Shown: positions 39,018 through 49,526, counted from the whole stretch's first letter. The stretch: DNA of 59,580 nt, filler included, from Limisphaerales bacterium (GCA_044225505.1; 3 parts of 3 records of this genome joined end to end with filler, not necessarily neighbours in it), one strand, 5' to 3'. The notes: a model not told the origin generated them from the sequence alone. Program-made: numbers and translations.

Positions 39018-40097
39018 ATGGAACGAGAAAACCCGAACTCAGACTGCACAAGGCGCCAATTCCTGAAGCAAGGCACCGCCGCGGGTTGCCTTGTGGGCGT
39101 GGCCACGGCGCTGGGCAACGACGCGCTGCGGGCCGCCCCGCCACCGCCTCCGAATCCATTCGCCTACGATGTCCGTCGCTTTACCAAAACCGATCCGAAT
39201 CTTGTCCAGTATCGTGAGACGGGGCGGGTCTCTCCGTTGCGGGAAGACGCACGCCGGCTTGCCGTCGGCCCAAACGATCAACTCTATGTCGCGGCTGGGA
39301 AGAGAGTCAGTGTTTTGGACCAGACGGGCGTGGTACTGTCCGAGATCGTGTTGGAAGAAACCGTTCGATGTTTGACCGTGTGTCCGGACGGGGAGCTATT
39401 TGTCGGTTTGCAGGACCACGTCGAGATCGTGGATGCGAAAGGGCGTGTCCGGGGACGTTGGAATTCACTTGGCCCGCGCACATGGCTGACTGGCGTGGCC
39501 GTCGCTGGAGAGGATGTGTTTCTGGCGGACGCTGGCAATCGCGTTGTGCTCCGCTGTGATCGGGCGGGTAAAGTCGTAAAGCGGATCGGTGAAAAGAATG
39601 CGGATCGCAATATCCCGGGGTTCATTATTCCCAGTCCTTTCTTCGATGTCGAAATCCACCGCGACGGACTGCTCCGAGTGACCAACCCGGGCAGGCATCG
39701 CGTCGAAGCTTACACTCCGGACGGTGACTTGGAGTTTAGCTGGGGCAACGCGTCGACCGGGATCAGCGGTTTTTGCGGTTGCTGCAACCCCATCAATATA
39801 GCCTTACTCGAAGACGGTCGCGCTGTGACGTGCGAGAAAGGGTTGCCTCGAGTCAAAGTTTACCGAACAGACGGCGTATTTGAGTCGGTTGTCGCTGGTC
39901 CAGAATCGTTTCCCGAGAGCGGTAAGATCGCGGCCGAATCGCGGCCTGGCGGGGGACCCTACGGCGGGTTGGATGTGGGGGTGAGCCGCGCGGGACGCGT
40001 TTATATCCTCGATGTGGCCAAAGGGGACATCCGAGTCATGGAACCGAAAAGCGGGAACGGTATCGTCCCGGACCCGAAACCGAAGACCCCAGGTTGA
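39018..40097 (+). CDS. Tat-exported NHL-repeat beta-propeller protein with GFCGCCNP motif
   Basis: TRRQFL leader; FIIPSPFFD, NPGRHRVE, FCGCCNP, EKGLPRVK. Confidence 0.82.
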   Translation: MERENPNSDCTRRQFLKQGTAAGCLVGVATALGNDALRAAPPPPPNPFAYDVRRFTKTDPNLVQYRETGRVSPLREDARRLAVGPNDQLYVAAGKRVSVLDQTGVVLSEIVLEETVRCLTVCPDGELFVGLQDHVEIVDAKGRVRGRWNSLGPRTWLTGVAVAGEDVFLADAGNRVVLRCDRAGKVVKRIGEKNADRNIPGFIIPSPFFDVEIHRDGLLRVTNPGRHRVEAYTPDGDLEFSWGNASTGISGFCGCCNPINIALLEDGRAVTCEKGLPRVKVYRTDGVFESVVAGPESFPESGKIAAESRPGGGPYGGLDVGVSRAGRVYILDVAKGDIRVMEPKSGNGIVPDPKPKTPG

Positions 40098-40103
40098 TAC
40101 TGC

Positions 40104-40459
40104 ATGAACTCCGATCCATCACCGATAGGGCTCAGCCGCCGCCGGTTTTTACGGGATGGTGCTCGACTGACAGCGATGACGGGCATCGGTGGATTCTTGG
40201 GGGTGAGCCTGCGCCGAACGTCAGCTCGGACCACGGTCTGGCAAATCGACCCAAGCAAGTGTTTGCGCTGCGACCAATGTGCGAAGGCGTGCGTGCTGGA
40301 GCAGTCAGCGGTGAAGTGCGTGCATGCCCACGCTATCTGTGGGTACTGTCAGCTCTGCACGGGCTATTTTAATCCCGAACCGAACGAGCTGAACACAGCT
40401 GCCGAAAATCAACTCTGTCCGACTGCGGCCATCCGACGGACCTTTGTGGAGGATCCCTA
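40104..40459 (+). CDS. Tat-signal 4Fe-4S ferredoxin, truncated by contig end
   Basis: SRRRFL; CxxCxxCxxxC, CGYCQLC, LCPTAAI. Confidence 0.85.
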
Positions 40460-40559
40460 NNNNNNNNNNNNNNNNNNNNNNNNNNNNNNNNNNNNNNNNN
40501 NNNTTAATTAATTAANNNNNNNNNNNNNNNNNNNNNNNNNNNNNNNNNNNNNNNNNNNN
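40460..40559. other. Artificial contig linker (N44-TTAATTAATTAA-N44)
   Basis: Same linker as at 20417. Confidence 0.97.
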
Positions 40560-40780
40560 CATTTTGCAGCGGTGCCACCGGCGCTCAGCTCACAGTCGTC
40601 CGGATGAGCGCCGAAAACAATAACGCGGAGTTTCCCGTCAGAGACGGACGGCTTTCTGGGGGAGTTTTGGCTTTGTGCCAAATTGGCAATGGCGAGCGAA
40701 GATAACGACATCGCCGTGAGGGCCAGGAAGCGTCGGCGTGGCACGCGGGAGTCTCGGCGGAATGGTGGGAGGTTTTTCAT
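40560..40780 (-). CDS. PIG-L/LmbE family deacetylase, N-terminal part only
   Basis: RRRFL leader; GAHPDDCE..AGGT. Confidence 0.85.
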
Positions 40781-41155
40781 AGGCGAAACGTGGTCGTGGA
40801 GCTGTCTTGACCTAAGCCCGTAGCGGCTATTGCTCCGAAGGGCAAGGATGAAGTGCAACCCGCAACGCCCCGGAACCAGCTATCCAATTGGGGTCGGAGT
40901 GGACGCGCTTTCATAATCTGACCCAGTTCGTCCAAGCCGGAAGAGAGGCAAAGTGCCTAAGCGATTGCATGATTCAATCTTACCACGCGAGCGTCCCTAA
41001 GCGCAGGGAGAATGCCGCGTGGAGTCTCTGAATCAAGCCTGGACTCGAAAGTGATCGGGCGTCTCCTTTGAAAACGGAAGAGCTGGCCACGACGGCCCGC
41101 TCTCCAGCTTGAAATAAACAACCGAGTCAGAACCCGCGCCGCCCACACCAAACGC

Positions 41156-41974
41156 TTAGGCGTGGTTGGCTCGGAACTTCCAACGAATAAAGCCTAGCAG
41201 CGAAACGGCTAACGCCAGGTTAATCGCACTGCCGGTTTCAGGAACGGAACTCCCACCGCCGCCACCACCACCACCACCACCCGTCGATGCCGTAAAGGCA
41301 TAGGTGAAATCGTCAATGGTCAATGATGGAGTCGTAGAAACGATCGAGACGTTTCGAATATCCGCCGTATTCCTGGTGAATCCAACGAATGAACCCGCCG
41401 AAACCGTTGTGGATTCCAATGTTTGCAGGTTCGTATCTTGAATCTGCACGAGCACCGTGCCGCTCGTGACAAACAAACCGATCTTGATTGCATCCTTGCC
41501 CGCCGGCATAGCAACTTCCATAAAGTTCGCCCCTAGAGCGGTAAGCGGCGGGGTTCGAGGCGCGCCAAAATCGGACGGCAATGCCGGCCCGACAACGTTA
41601 TTTGGGGATGCGACGTCGCCTGCAATTCCACCCGATGGAGCCAACACGGCTACTGGAGCGCCGGGATTACCGGCAGGGTTAGTCGGTGTTGCGCCGCCGG
41701 TATCGTAGGTCGGCGTGTTTGCCGCATCCCGCGTACTAAACGTCGTCGTTGTGCTGTTTAGTATTACCGGCGAATACGACGTAATGCTCGTCGCTGTCAG
41801 ATTGTCGAAATTCTCGACGGTTGCGCCCGCCTTGAAGGCTGCAATCACTGACGGGTCTGTGGTTACGATGACGCTGGCCTGAATGGCCGAGGTCATCCCT
41901 AAGGCCGCGCCCAAAAGGACAATGGGCGTGCATGAGTGTTTCCGCAGTCGATCAGAGGAATGGGTTTTCATCAT
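41156..41974 (-). CDS. PEP-CTERM/VPDSG-CTERM-type exosortase substrate
   Basis: Signal peptide, Thr/Ser-rich body, poly-Gly linker, VPETGS + TM + basic tail. Confidence 0.82.
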   Translation of the reverse strand: MMKTHSSDRLRKHSCTPIVLLGAALGMTSAIQASVIVTTDPSVIAAFKAGATVENFDNLTATSITSYSPVILNSTTTTFSTRDAANTPTYDTGGATPTNPAGNPGAPVAVLAPSGGIAGDVASPNNVVGPALPSDFGAPRTPPLTALGANFMEVAMPAGKDAIKIGLFVTSGTVLVQIQDTNLQTLESTTVSAGSFVGFTRNTADIRNVSIVSTTPSLTIDDFTYAFTASTGGGGGGGGGGSSVPETGSAINLALAVSLLGFIRWKFRANHA

Positions 41975-42479
41975 AGTTGATTGGTTGTCGTGAACGGGTG
42001 ATCTGAGGAAACGACCGGGGCACAATCGATCATCTCCGTGAAGCCATAGTACGCCTTCCTCAAAAGCCTGGATATCAGGGAAACTCTGATTTTGGCGGGG
42101 GGTCAATTGCCCTTCCAGCTGGCTTTATCGCCCATCTGGATCCAAGAATCAGGAGGTTTCGAAACCTCGCCAGCACCGGTGGACGGATACATTCATGGTC
42201 GCAGAAGGGAGTAAAGCGATTCGGAATACTAGCCGCAGCGTGCGGGCCACCGCCGACAACAAGCTCCAGAAGTACACTTTGGGCAACCGATCGTTCGCTT
42301 TACACTCGCCCCAGACCGATTCCTGCATATCCCGACAAGACTTAGCGATTCAACTGCCGCCGACGGTCAATAATCACAGGGCTGAAATCGAGCCTGGAGA
42401 TCAATTTGGGAATCTCGGAGAATTGCGGCCAGCGAGTCAGCCCCAGAATCGCCGCTGCGTCATGAATGGCATCCATGAG

Positions 42480-42803
42480 AGTTTCCGCAAAACGATCTGC
42501 CGGGCCGCTTTTTCCACCAAGGAACGATCGATTCGCTTTCCTTTGAATGGCGTGCCAAGCGCGATGAGAGTCAACTCGCTCTGATGCACTGCCCCTTTTA
42601 GATCAGTGGTCGCTCGAAAGGAGCGTCCCTGGTGTTTCTCCAGGAGTGGCCGTAGTCCTGCTTCATGGATTGGACACACTCCGGCGCTGATTTGATCGAC
42701 CTGATGCTGATCGGGATCGACACAGATCACGTCATTCCTTTTTCCGACAGGCAGACACCCGAGACTAGACCGACATAACCAGCTCCGACGATGAGAAGTT
42801 CAT
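42480..42803 (-). pseudogene. ugd: UDP-glucose/GDP-mannose dehydrogenase N-terminal remnant
   Basis: IVGAGYVGLVSG.CL..KG, VICVD, PIHEAGL, ALGTP split by at least two frameshifts. The ATG overlaps the epimerase stop, and homology ends after about 100 codons. Confidence 0.8.
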
Positions 42804-43894
42804 CCTGTCTGCTTCCCGTCTTTGTGGTTGCGGTACCAATCGAGTGTCCTGGAAAGGCCCTCGCGCAAGGAAATCTGCGGATTAAACCCAAGCTCTGACT
42901 TAGCCTTTTCAATGGAAGGACACCGGCGCTGCGGATTGTCTGTCAGGTAGTCTGTTTCACAACTCCGTTGGTAAACGACTCTGCCACTGTATCCAAATTG
43001 CTCGCGAGCCAGTTCCACCAGCATCTCCGCCAGTTGGGACATAGAGACGTCCGGGGTAGTCGTGCCGATGTTGTAGGCCTCACCTGGCCGACCGCGAACG
43101 AGGGTCTTGTAGTAACCCACCACGGCGTCGGCGACGTAACAAAAGGTCCGAGTGGGAGTTCCATTCGAAAGTAAAATCAGGTCTCGGCCAGCGAGCAGGT
43201 CTCGAGCTAGATCCGGAATTATACGGCGATCGCTAAGGCGCAACCCCGGGCCATAATTGTTGAACGGGCGGACAATGGTGACGGGGATGGTGTATTGATG
43301 CGCGAAATTGACGCAAAGTGTCTCGCCGTACCGTTTCGATTCGTCGTAGCATGCCCGTGGACCGGTACACGAGACGTTGCCTCGGTAGGTCTCAGCCGTT
43401 GGGATCTGGTCAGGCGGCGGATCCCCGTAAATTTCGCTCGTCGAGAAGAAGAGCAAACCTTCGATAGAATTTCCGGCTTCCTGCTGTTTTTGGCACTTTT
43501 CCAACAGCAAACGAAGGCCATTGACGTTTGCGTCCATCGTCTCGATCGGGTGCTTGCGACAGAACGTGGGAGACGCGATTGAGGCGGCATGGATCGCATA
43601 GTGGATCGGGCCTACCTCCTCGGGCAACGGGCTTGTAATATCGTGCTTTAACAACCTGCAGTCAGGGCGCTTCGCCAACGGCTCCAGCCAAGCGGGTAAT
43701 CCTCGGATGTAATTGTCGCAGACAATGAGCTCAATCTTGCGGTCGAGTGGATTGGCGTCGTTGAAATGCAACACGGATTGGACGAGGTAATAGCCGAGGA
43801 AACCCGCGCCGCCGCTAATGAAGAGGCGCTTACCCGCCATACGGCCGAATTCTTCAGCCAATTGCCGATTGATAAAGTTGAGATCTTTTTGCAT
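42800..43894 (-). CDS. NAD-dependent epimerase/dehydratase, UDP-glucuronate decarboxylase-like
   Basis: GGAGFLG, HAASIASP, STSEIYGDP, GPRACYDESKR, RPFNNYGPG, TRTFCYV.D. Confidence 0.92.
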   Translation of the reverse strand: MQKDLNFINRQLAEEFGRMAGKRLFISGGAGFLGYYLVQSVLHFNDANPLDRKIELIVCDNYIRGLPAWLEPLAKRPDCRLLKHDITSPLPEEVGPIHYAIHAASIASPTFCRKHPIETMDANVNGLRLLLEKCQKQQEAGNSIEGLLFFSTSEIYGDPPPDQIPTAETYRGNVSCTGPRACYDESKRYGETLCVNFAHQYTIPVTIVRPFNNYGPGLRLSDRRIIPDLARDLLAGRDLILLSNGTPTRTFCYVADAVVGYYKTLVRGRPGEAYNIGTTTPDVSMSQLAEMLVELAREQFGYSGRVVYQRSCETDYLTDNPQRRCPSIEKAKSELGFNPQISLREGLSRTLDWYRNHKDGKQTG

Positions 43895-44284
43895 TCAATG
43901 TGCCTACACAGAGCGGTGTTTTCAGGCGCTGCTTCGAACAGCATAACCTTTAAATGGGCACAGCTGGACCCATCCGATGGAACTTGCAATAATGACCCAC
44001 CCCACTTGACCGGTTGGCGCCGGTTTTTTACTTATGTTGGTTGTAACACGGTGAGTCAGCGAGAGACAATGGGGCCGATCCTAGAACTGCTGTTAGGAAA
44101 AACCTATTGTCGTTACCCAGATGAGCCCGGCCTCAGATTCCACGGATCCACGGACGATTTGGACCGTTTGCGAGAGGATGGCTTAGGCTCTGCTTAGATC
44201 TTGCCCCGGTCGTGAAGGGCCAGGCCGTGCACCGTCGAAGGTTTGGATGAGAGAGTTTGGCAGCGCCGAAACCTCGCGGCGCCA

Positions 44285-44959
44285 TCACCGTCGCTCCTGC
44301 GCTTGCTGCATCGCGTAAAAGAGAAGCTCCGTGGCATTACGTAACCCGAGCTTTTCCTTAATGCGCACTCGGTACGCTTCGACCGATTTGATGCCGATAC
44401 GAAGTTCGTCTGCGATGCGCTTGGTCTCCAGGCCACGCCCGAGCAGTTGAAGAATTTCCAGTTCCCGATCGGTCAACTGCTCGAGGGGATCCGCGGTTTT
44501 TACCGAGCGTCCAATTTGATTCTGAATGATGCGATGTTGCATCGCATCACTAAAGTAGATTCCTCCTTCTAACACGCGGCGAATGGCAGTCAGGACGTCT
44601 CGCGACGGAGCGATTTTCGTGATGTACCCTGAAGCTCCTGAATGCATGGCCCGCATTGCGTAGAGCGATTCGTCATGCATGGAAAGGACTAGAATAGGAA
44701 GCGACGGACATTGCCGTTGCATGTCCTTGATTAATTCTAAGCCGCTCGATTTTTTCAGCGAAATGTCGAGGATGACGATATGAGGTTCCGTCTCTAAAAT
44801 CCCTTGGAGGGCAGGGGGGCCATCCTCCGCTTCACCGCAAACTTCCAGATCTGCTTCGCGCTCGATCAATTGCCCAAGTCGTTCGCGGATCATCGGGTGA
44901 TCATCGACAAGAAACACCCGCTTTTTGCCCACGGTGGGAATGGTAGATTCCGAACTCAA
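44285..44959 (-). CDS. NarL/LuxR family response regulator
   Basis: LVDDHP, LDISL, LSMHDE, GYITK, LTDRELEIL HTH; start overlaps the kinase stop. Confidence 0.95.
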   Translation of the reverse strand: MSSESTIPTVGKKRVFLVDDHPMIRERLGQLIEREADLEVCGEAEDGPPALQGILETEPHIVILDISLKKSSGLELIKDMQRQCPSLPILVLSMHDESLYAMRAMHSGASGYITKIAPSRDVLTAIRRVLEGGIYFSDAMQHRIIQNQIGRSVKTADPLEQLTDRELEILQLLGRGLETKRIADELRIGIKSVEAYRVRIKEKLGLRNATELLFYAMQQAQERR

Positions 44960-47373
44960 GAATTGCCCTTCCCATTGGATTGATCGAGAGAGCAGGTCAC
45001 CAGGGTTCCGCCACTCGGCCCCGATCCGATGGATAGCGATGCCTCCATCATCCGCGCCCGATAACTCATGGTTCCGAAGCCCATACCCTTTTTTGAACCG
45101 TTACTTGCTTGCACGCCAATCCCGTTGTCACTCACTCTTAGGATCGGCTGTTCAGACGATCCGGCAAGTTCGATGTTAATCTCAGATGCTTGACTGTGCT
45201 TGACCGCATTATTGACCGCTTCCTGAGCAATCCGGTACAAATGCGTTCCCACAGCTTGATCTGATATCATTATCAAATTCGCGCTCTTGCAGCAACATCG
45301 AATCCCGGTGGTTTCCTGGACTGTCTGGGCCAGTTCTTCCAGCGCGGAGGTTAACCCATCGCCAGTCAGATCGGCGGGGTGAAGCGCCCGCGACAGATTG
45401 CGGATTTGAATGATGGCATCGTGAATCAATCGGTATATTTCAGTGGCTTGGTTCGCGCCGGAAACCCCTTGCTCTGCCAAAGTTTCGGCCAGCATATTAC
45501 ACGCATAGGCAGTGCTCACGAGTTGCTGGCAGACGCCGTCGTGCAAGTCCCGCCCGATTCGCCTTTGCTCCCGCTCGCTGATTTCGGCGACTTGCTTTTC
45601 CAGGGACCTGCGGACGGTAACGTCCGTCAGGACGATCACCGTCCCTTCCAATTCGCCTCCTTCATCGATGAGCGGCCGAGATCTCACCAGAGCCCAGATC
45701 TCCTGGTTGCTCCCGTCTGGACGCAAAAGCATCTCGGCGCCGTCCAGAGTCTTTCCGCCTAAGTAAAGAATGAGCGGGTGCGGCCGCTCTGGTCGAGATT
45801 GGTCGGTGGACGTCTCTCGCAATTCATGATCGTGGGCGGTGCTCATGAGTCGCCCCGTTTTCGCGCCAAGTCTTAACAGTTGCGCTGCTTCCGGATTACA
45901 CAAGAGAACATTGGCGTGAACGTCCGCCACAATCACGGCGTCGCCCATGCTATTCAGAATCGACTGGAGAACTTGAGCCTGGCGTCGTAATGCTTTTTCT
46001 GATGCGCTCAACTCGGCGGTGCGCTTCTCGATTGTCGCGGTGCGCTCGGCTACTTTTTGCTCGAGCGTGCGACGCAAGGCGACCTCCATCTGTCGGTGTT
46101 GGGTGATGTCCGAGTTGCTCTCCAGCACCGCGACCGGATGGCCGAGGTCGTCCAGTTGCAACGTCCAACGCGTGGCCACATTGATTTGCCGTCCGTTTCG
46201 GCAGGTATGGACCAATTCCCCGCTCCATCGGCCGGCTTGTTTGAGCTCCCGCTGAATCTCCGCGAGCGGCTCGGGAAACTCTGTTTGCAGCAAGCTGTGG
46301 GTTGTCTGCCCGTGAGCCGTTTTTCTGTCCCAGCCGTACATTTCTTCGGCACCTTTGTTCCAGTAAGTGATTCGATCTTGAGCGTCGCGAACAATGATCG
46401 CGTCAAAACTCAATTCGAGCAGCGCCGCTCGTTCCGCCAAGGTCACCGTTCTCGCTCGCACGGTCTCTTCCAAGTCGCGGTTGGATCGGATCAAGCGCTG
46501 CTGGGCATTGGCCAATTCCGTGACGTCGCGGCCCACTGCGACTGCGCCTACGGGCCGGTCAGCCGCGTTTCGGAGCGGCACGACATCCCACAGGGCCGTT
46601 CGTTCCACATCGTCCGTCGAGCGCGACCCAATTTGAAGGTTGCGTAACGGCTGCCCAGTCTGTGCAGCCTGCAACACCTGCTTCCATTCGTTGCCGGCCG
46701 TTTGCGGCGTTAAAGCTCCAGCGACCAATGGCGCATCGCGGTTTTGGAGCCACTCGCGAAAGCTCGTCATCCCCACGGAAATCCGCAACCATCGGCCGGC
46801 TTCCGGGTTGCACAATCGCACCTGGCCTCCATCGTCGAGCACGACAACGCCATCGCTCATGCTCTCCAGGACCGACTCCAGCACCTCCGCTTGGCGTCGG
46901 AGGGCTGCTTCGGATTGGGCCAGTTCGCTGGAACGTGTCTCGAGGATGGTAGTCCGCTGGGCGACTTTTTCTTCGAGCGTGTCGTTTAACTCGCGCAGCC
47001 GCGCCTCAACGCATTTCCGCTGTGAAATCTCGTAGTTGAGTGCGGCATTCTGCCGCGCGGCGCGCGCGGTGAGTTCGCTGGCGATCAATAGCATTCCCAG
47101 TCCAATCACCGCATGACGTCCTCGGACCAACGCTTCGGCCGAATGCTCATTGTAGAACAAGTCCAGGCCCAGCCAAAGGCAGGCGGCAATTGTGCAGACG
47201 ACGAGCCGCTGCCAACTTGGACAACCCCAGGCACAAAGCATTACTGGCAACAGCAAAAGGAATCCGAATGAAACGCTCGGACCCAATGCCAAATCCGCGA
47301 CGGCGATGCCAACCGCCATCACCAGAGCCGTGATGAAAACGGAATCCGTGAGATTCAGCCGCCGGTCTTTCAT
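44956..47373 (-). CDS. Membrane multi-PAS sensor histidine kinase (HisKA_3 type)
   Basis: N-terminal TMs, three PAS domains, EREQRRIGRDLHDG, RIAQEAVNNAVKH, DNGIG, GMG. Confidence 0.93.
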   Translation of the reverse strand: MKDRRLNLTDSVFITALVMAVGIAVADLALGPSVSFGFLLLLPVMLCAWGCPSWQRLVVCTIAACLWLGLDLFYNEHSAEALVRGRHAVIGLGMLLIASELTARAARQNAALNYEISQRKCVEARLRELNDTLEEKVAQRTTILETRSSELAQSEAALRRQAEVLESVLESMSDGVVVLDDGGQVRLCNPEAGRWLRISVGMTSFREWLQNRDAPLVAGALTPQTAGNEWKQVLQAAQTGQPLRNLQIGSRSTDDVERTALWDVVPLRNAADRPVGAVAVGRDVTELANAQQRLIRSNRDLEETVRARTVTLAERAALLELSFDAIIVRDAQDRITYWNKGAEEMYGWDRKTAHGQTTHSLLQTEFPEPLAEIQRELKQAGRWSGELVHTCRNGRQINVATRWTLQLDDLGHPVAVLESNSDITQHRQMEVALRRTLEQKVAERTATIEKRTAELSASEKALRRQAQVLQSILNSMGDAVIVADVHANVLLCNPEAAQLLRLGAKTGRLMSTAHDHELRETSTDQSRPERPHPLILYLGGKTLDGAEMLLRPDGSNQEIWALVRSRPLIDEGGELEGTVIVLTDVTVRRSLEKQVAEISEREQRRIGRDLHDGVCQQLVSTAYACNMLAETLAEQGVSGANQATEIYRLIHDAIIQIRNLSRALHPADLTGDGLTSALEELAQTVQETTGIRCCCKSANLIMISDQAVGTHLYRIAQEAVNNAVKHSQASEINIELAGSSEQPILRVSDNGIGVQASNGSKKGMGFGTMSYRARMMEASLSIGSGPSGGTLVTCSLDQSNGKGNS

Positions 47374-47577
47374 TCTCGCAGATTGAATCTTGCCTTCGCC
47401 ATTTGTCAATGATAGCGCGCCACGACAAGTCCAGGTGGGCTGCTTGTTGCCAGTTCTCGAGCCCATGCGCCCTTCTTGTCCTTGCACCCCGTCCACATCG
47501 GGCGCGTGCGTTGCACCGCTGAATCCTCCGGTTGACTAAAGCGCCTGAGCGTCGTAGAGAAGGGGACGAGCGTTCCG

Positions 47578-48198
47578 ATGGATACCAATTCACCTAAGTC
47601 TCGTCGACCTGGGCTTCGACTGGCCCTCCGCGCGGGCGCCGCCGGGTTCATCCTTCTTTTGGTGGTTGTGGTCTGTTTTGCAGCCTGGATCGAGATGGTC
47701 AACGGAGACCGCTACTCCGGCAATGTTGTTTCCGTGAATCGGACCAACGTTACGCTGCGAAGTGAGGTGCAGGGACCCATCACGCTTCCACGTTCCCGAG
47801 TCGCACGGAACACATTCGGCAATGCTGAGAGCGTCGGCCAGCCGTTGGCCGCGACCAATCGCTCGTCCGGGTCTGTTCCCCAGACGTTGCCCGCCTTGGA
47901 TCTCGCTCTGAAACAGCAAGCCCAGACCACCCTCAGTAATCGAGTGGCACCCATCCCAGAGGATCTCCTCGCCCAGGCTGGCCCCGAGGCGAACCGTCAG
48001 TATACCGAACTCCTCCGCGGGCTCATGACCGGGTCTCTGAGCGTTTCCGATTTACGCACGCGGGCTTTGCAAACCTTGCAGGAAGCAGAAGAGGTCAAGC
48101 AAGATCTGGGTCCGGAAGCGGATAAGATGTTGGATGGTTACCTCCAGATCTTGCGTGCGTTTGTCGACAAACCCTCGGGACGTTCGAACGCTCCCTGA
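47578..48198 (+). CDS. Exported hypothetical protein
   Basis: N-terminal TM; NGDRYSG.V.S...V.L.SEV.G beta motif followed by a helical domain. Confidence 0.65.
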   Translation: MDTNSPKSRRPGLRLALRAGAAGFILLLVVVVCFAAWIEMVNGDRYSGNVVSVNRTNVTLRSEVQGPITLPRSRVARNTFGNAESVGQPLAATNRSSGSVPQTLPALDLALKQQAQTTLSNRVAPIPEDLLAQAGPEANRQYTELLRGLMTGSLSVSDLRTRALQTLQEAEEVKQDLGPEADKMLDGYLQILRAFVDKPSGRSNAP

Positions 48199-48496
48199 AC
48201 TCTCCGGACCGTTCCCGGGCGCCCGCGTTGAGAGGCCGAGGGGGGATTACGGACCGCGGCTGTGCCGTCCGACCCGCCGCCGCTTGTTTTCAGACTGCAG
48301 TTGATCCTGCGGCTGCAACCGCGCCCCAAGGACGGACCGCGGTTGCGAGACTGTTGCGGCCAGGCCTTGGTTAGACTCGCCCCAACCGCGCCCCAGAAAC
48401 GATATCCCATTTGACTTCACCCGCGGAATCCCGGATGCGTGTAATCGGGGGGGAGCCTCATAGATCCAGCTCCTACCTCGCGCTAAGTTCAGAAAT

Positions 48497-48784
48497 ATGG
48501 CGACGACAACGCAACAGCAGAAAACGACCAGTGACTTTCAAGCGCATGGGGGCACTGCCTGCGAGGTGTGCGGGAACGAGTATGACAAGCCGCTTGAGAT
48601 TGTGCACAACGGCATTTCCCACTATTTCGATAGCTTCGAGTGTGCGATCTCGGCCTTGGCGCCTGCCTGTTCACACTGCAAATGCCGCATTATCGGTCAT
48701 GGCCTGGAATCCGGTGGCAACTACTTCTGTTGCGCTCATTGCGCTTCCAAGGCCGGTATCACGAGTCTGAAGGATCGCACCTGA
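48497..48784 (+). CDS. Prokaryotic metallothionein-like Cys/His-rich protein
   Basis: CEVCGNEYDK, FDSFECAI..LAP.C.HC.CRIIGHG, FCCAHCA. Confidence 0.85.
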   Translation: MATTTQQQKTTSDFQAHGGTACEVCGNEYDKPLEIVHNGISHYFDSFECAISALAPACSHCKCRIIGHGLESGGNYFCCAHCASKAGITSLKDRT

Positions 48785-49192
48785 GCGAGGACTTCCCGTG
48801 CGTTGACAGGGCGCGGCTGCGTCGTCGGATCAGCCGCAAAGTGGCAGCGGCATCTCGCCGCGGGTCGGGAATTCCGATGCTTGGTCGCTCGTCGAGAGTC
48901 AGGATTAGGGCCGGGAGAGCTCTGCCAATGGAGCCCAACCATCGTGTCATCAAAAGTGCTCGGGCTCTGGGTGCATCTCGACAGTACCACCCTTTGTTGG
49001 CGCGCGGACTTGAGGCCGCCGGACCGTCCGATGCGGCCAGCAAGGCGCTCGAATCCTTCGCGATCGCGGTCATTACTGCGGGCATTCCTGCGGGATAAAT
49101 TCTAATGCCATTCAGTAATTGCCTCCTGGCGCCCCGGATGGGGCAACTCGAACAAGCTCGGCGTTTTGCCCGGGTTGAATGGGCGCGATTCC

Positions 49193-49377
49193 AGTCCCGA
49201 CGGGACGGCCGAGGACGTGGCATTGAACGGAAGAACCGGAGATTAAGCGGATCACAAGGTCGTAGAACAAACGCCCTTTCTCGCCGCACTCAGCCGCCCC
49301 TCCGGGGCTTGGGCCCTCTCACTTGAGCACCCGGCGCTAAAGCGACCGGGCTTCTCTCATTCTGTCCCTTCCGGGAC
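49193..49377. repeat. REP/REPIN-like multi-hairpin element, copy 1
   Basis: GTCCCGACGGGAC, GCCCCTCCGGGGC, CCCGGCGCTAAAGCGACCGGG, GTCCCTTCCGGGAC. Confidence 0.6.
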
Positions 49378-49526
49378 TGAATAGAATTACCGAATGGCAT
49401 TAGGATAGATCCCGCGATCGTGGTGGTACTGTCGAGATACGCCCTCGGGCTGTTGTGAGATCGTGCGGGTATTGACAACACCGGAGCGTCCTTTTACCGT
49501 CCGGCAGTTCCCAGGCACATCACACT

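Noticed and set aside
20517..40459. Prophage, complete eCIS or T6SS locus around the sheath gene
   Set aside because: No tube, baseplate, spike, terminase, capsid or integrase genes are recognisable on this contig.
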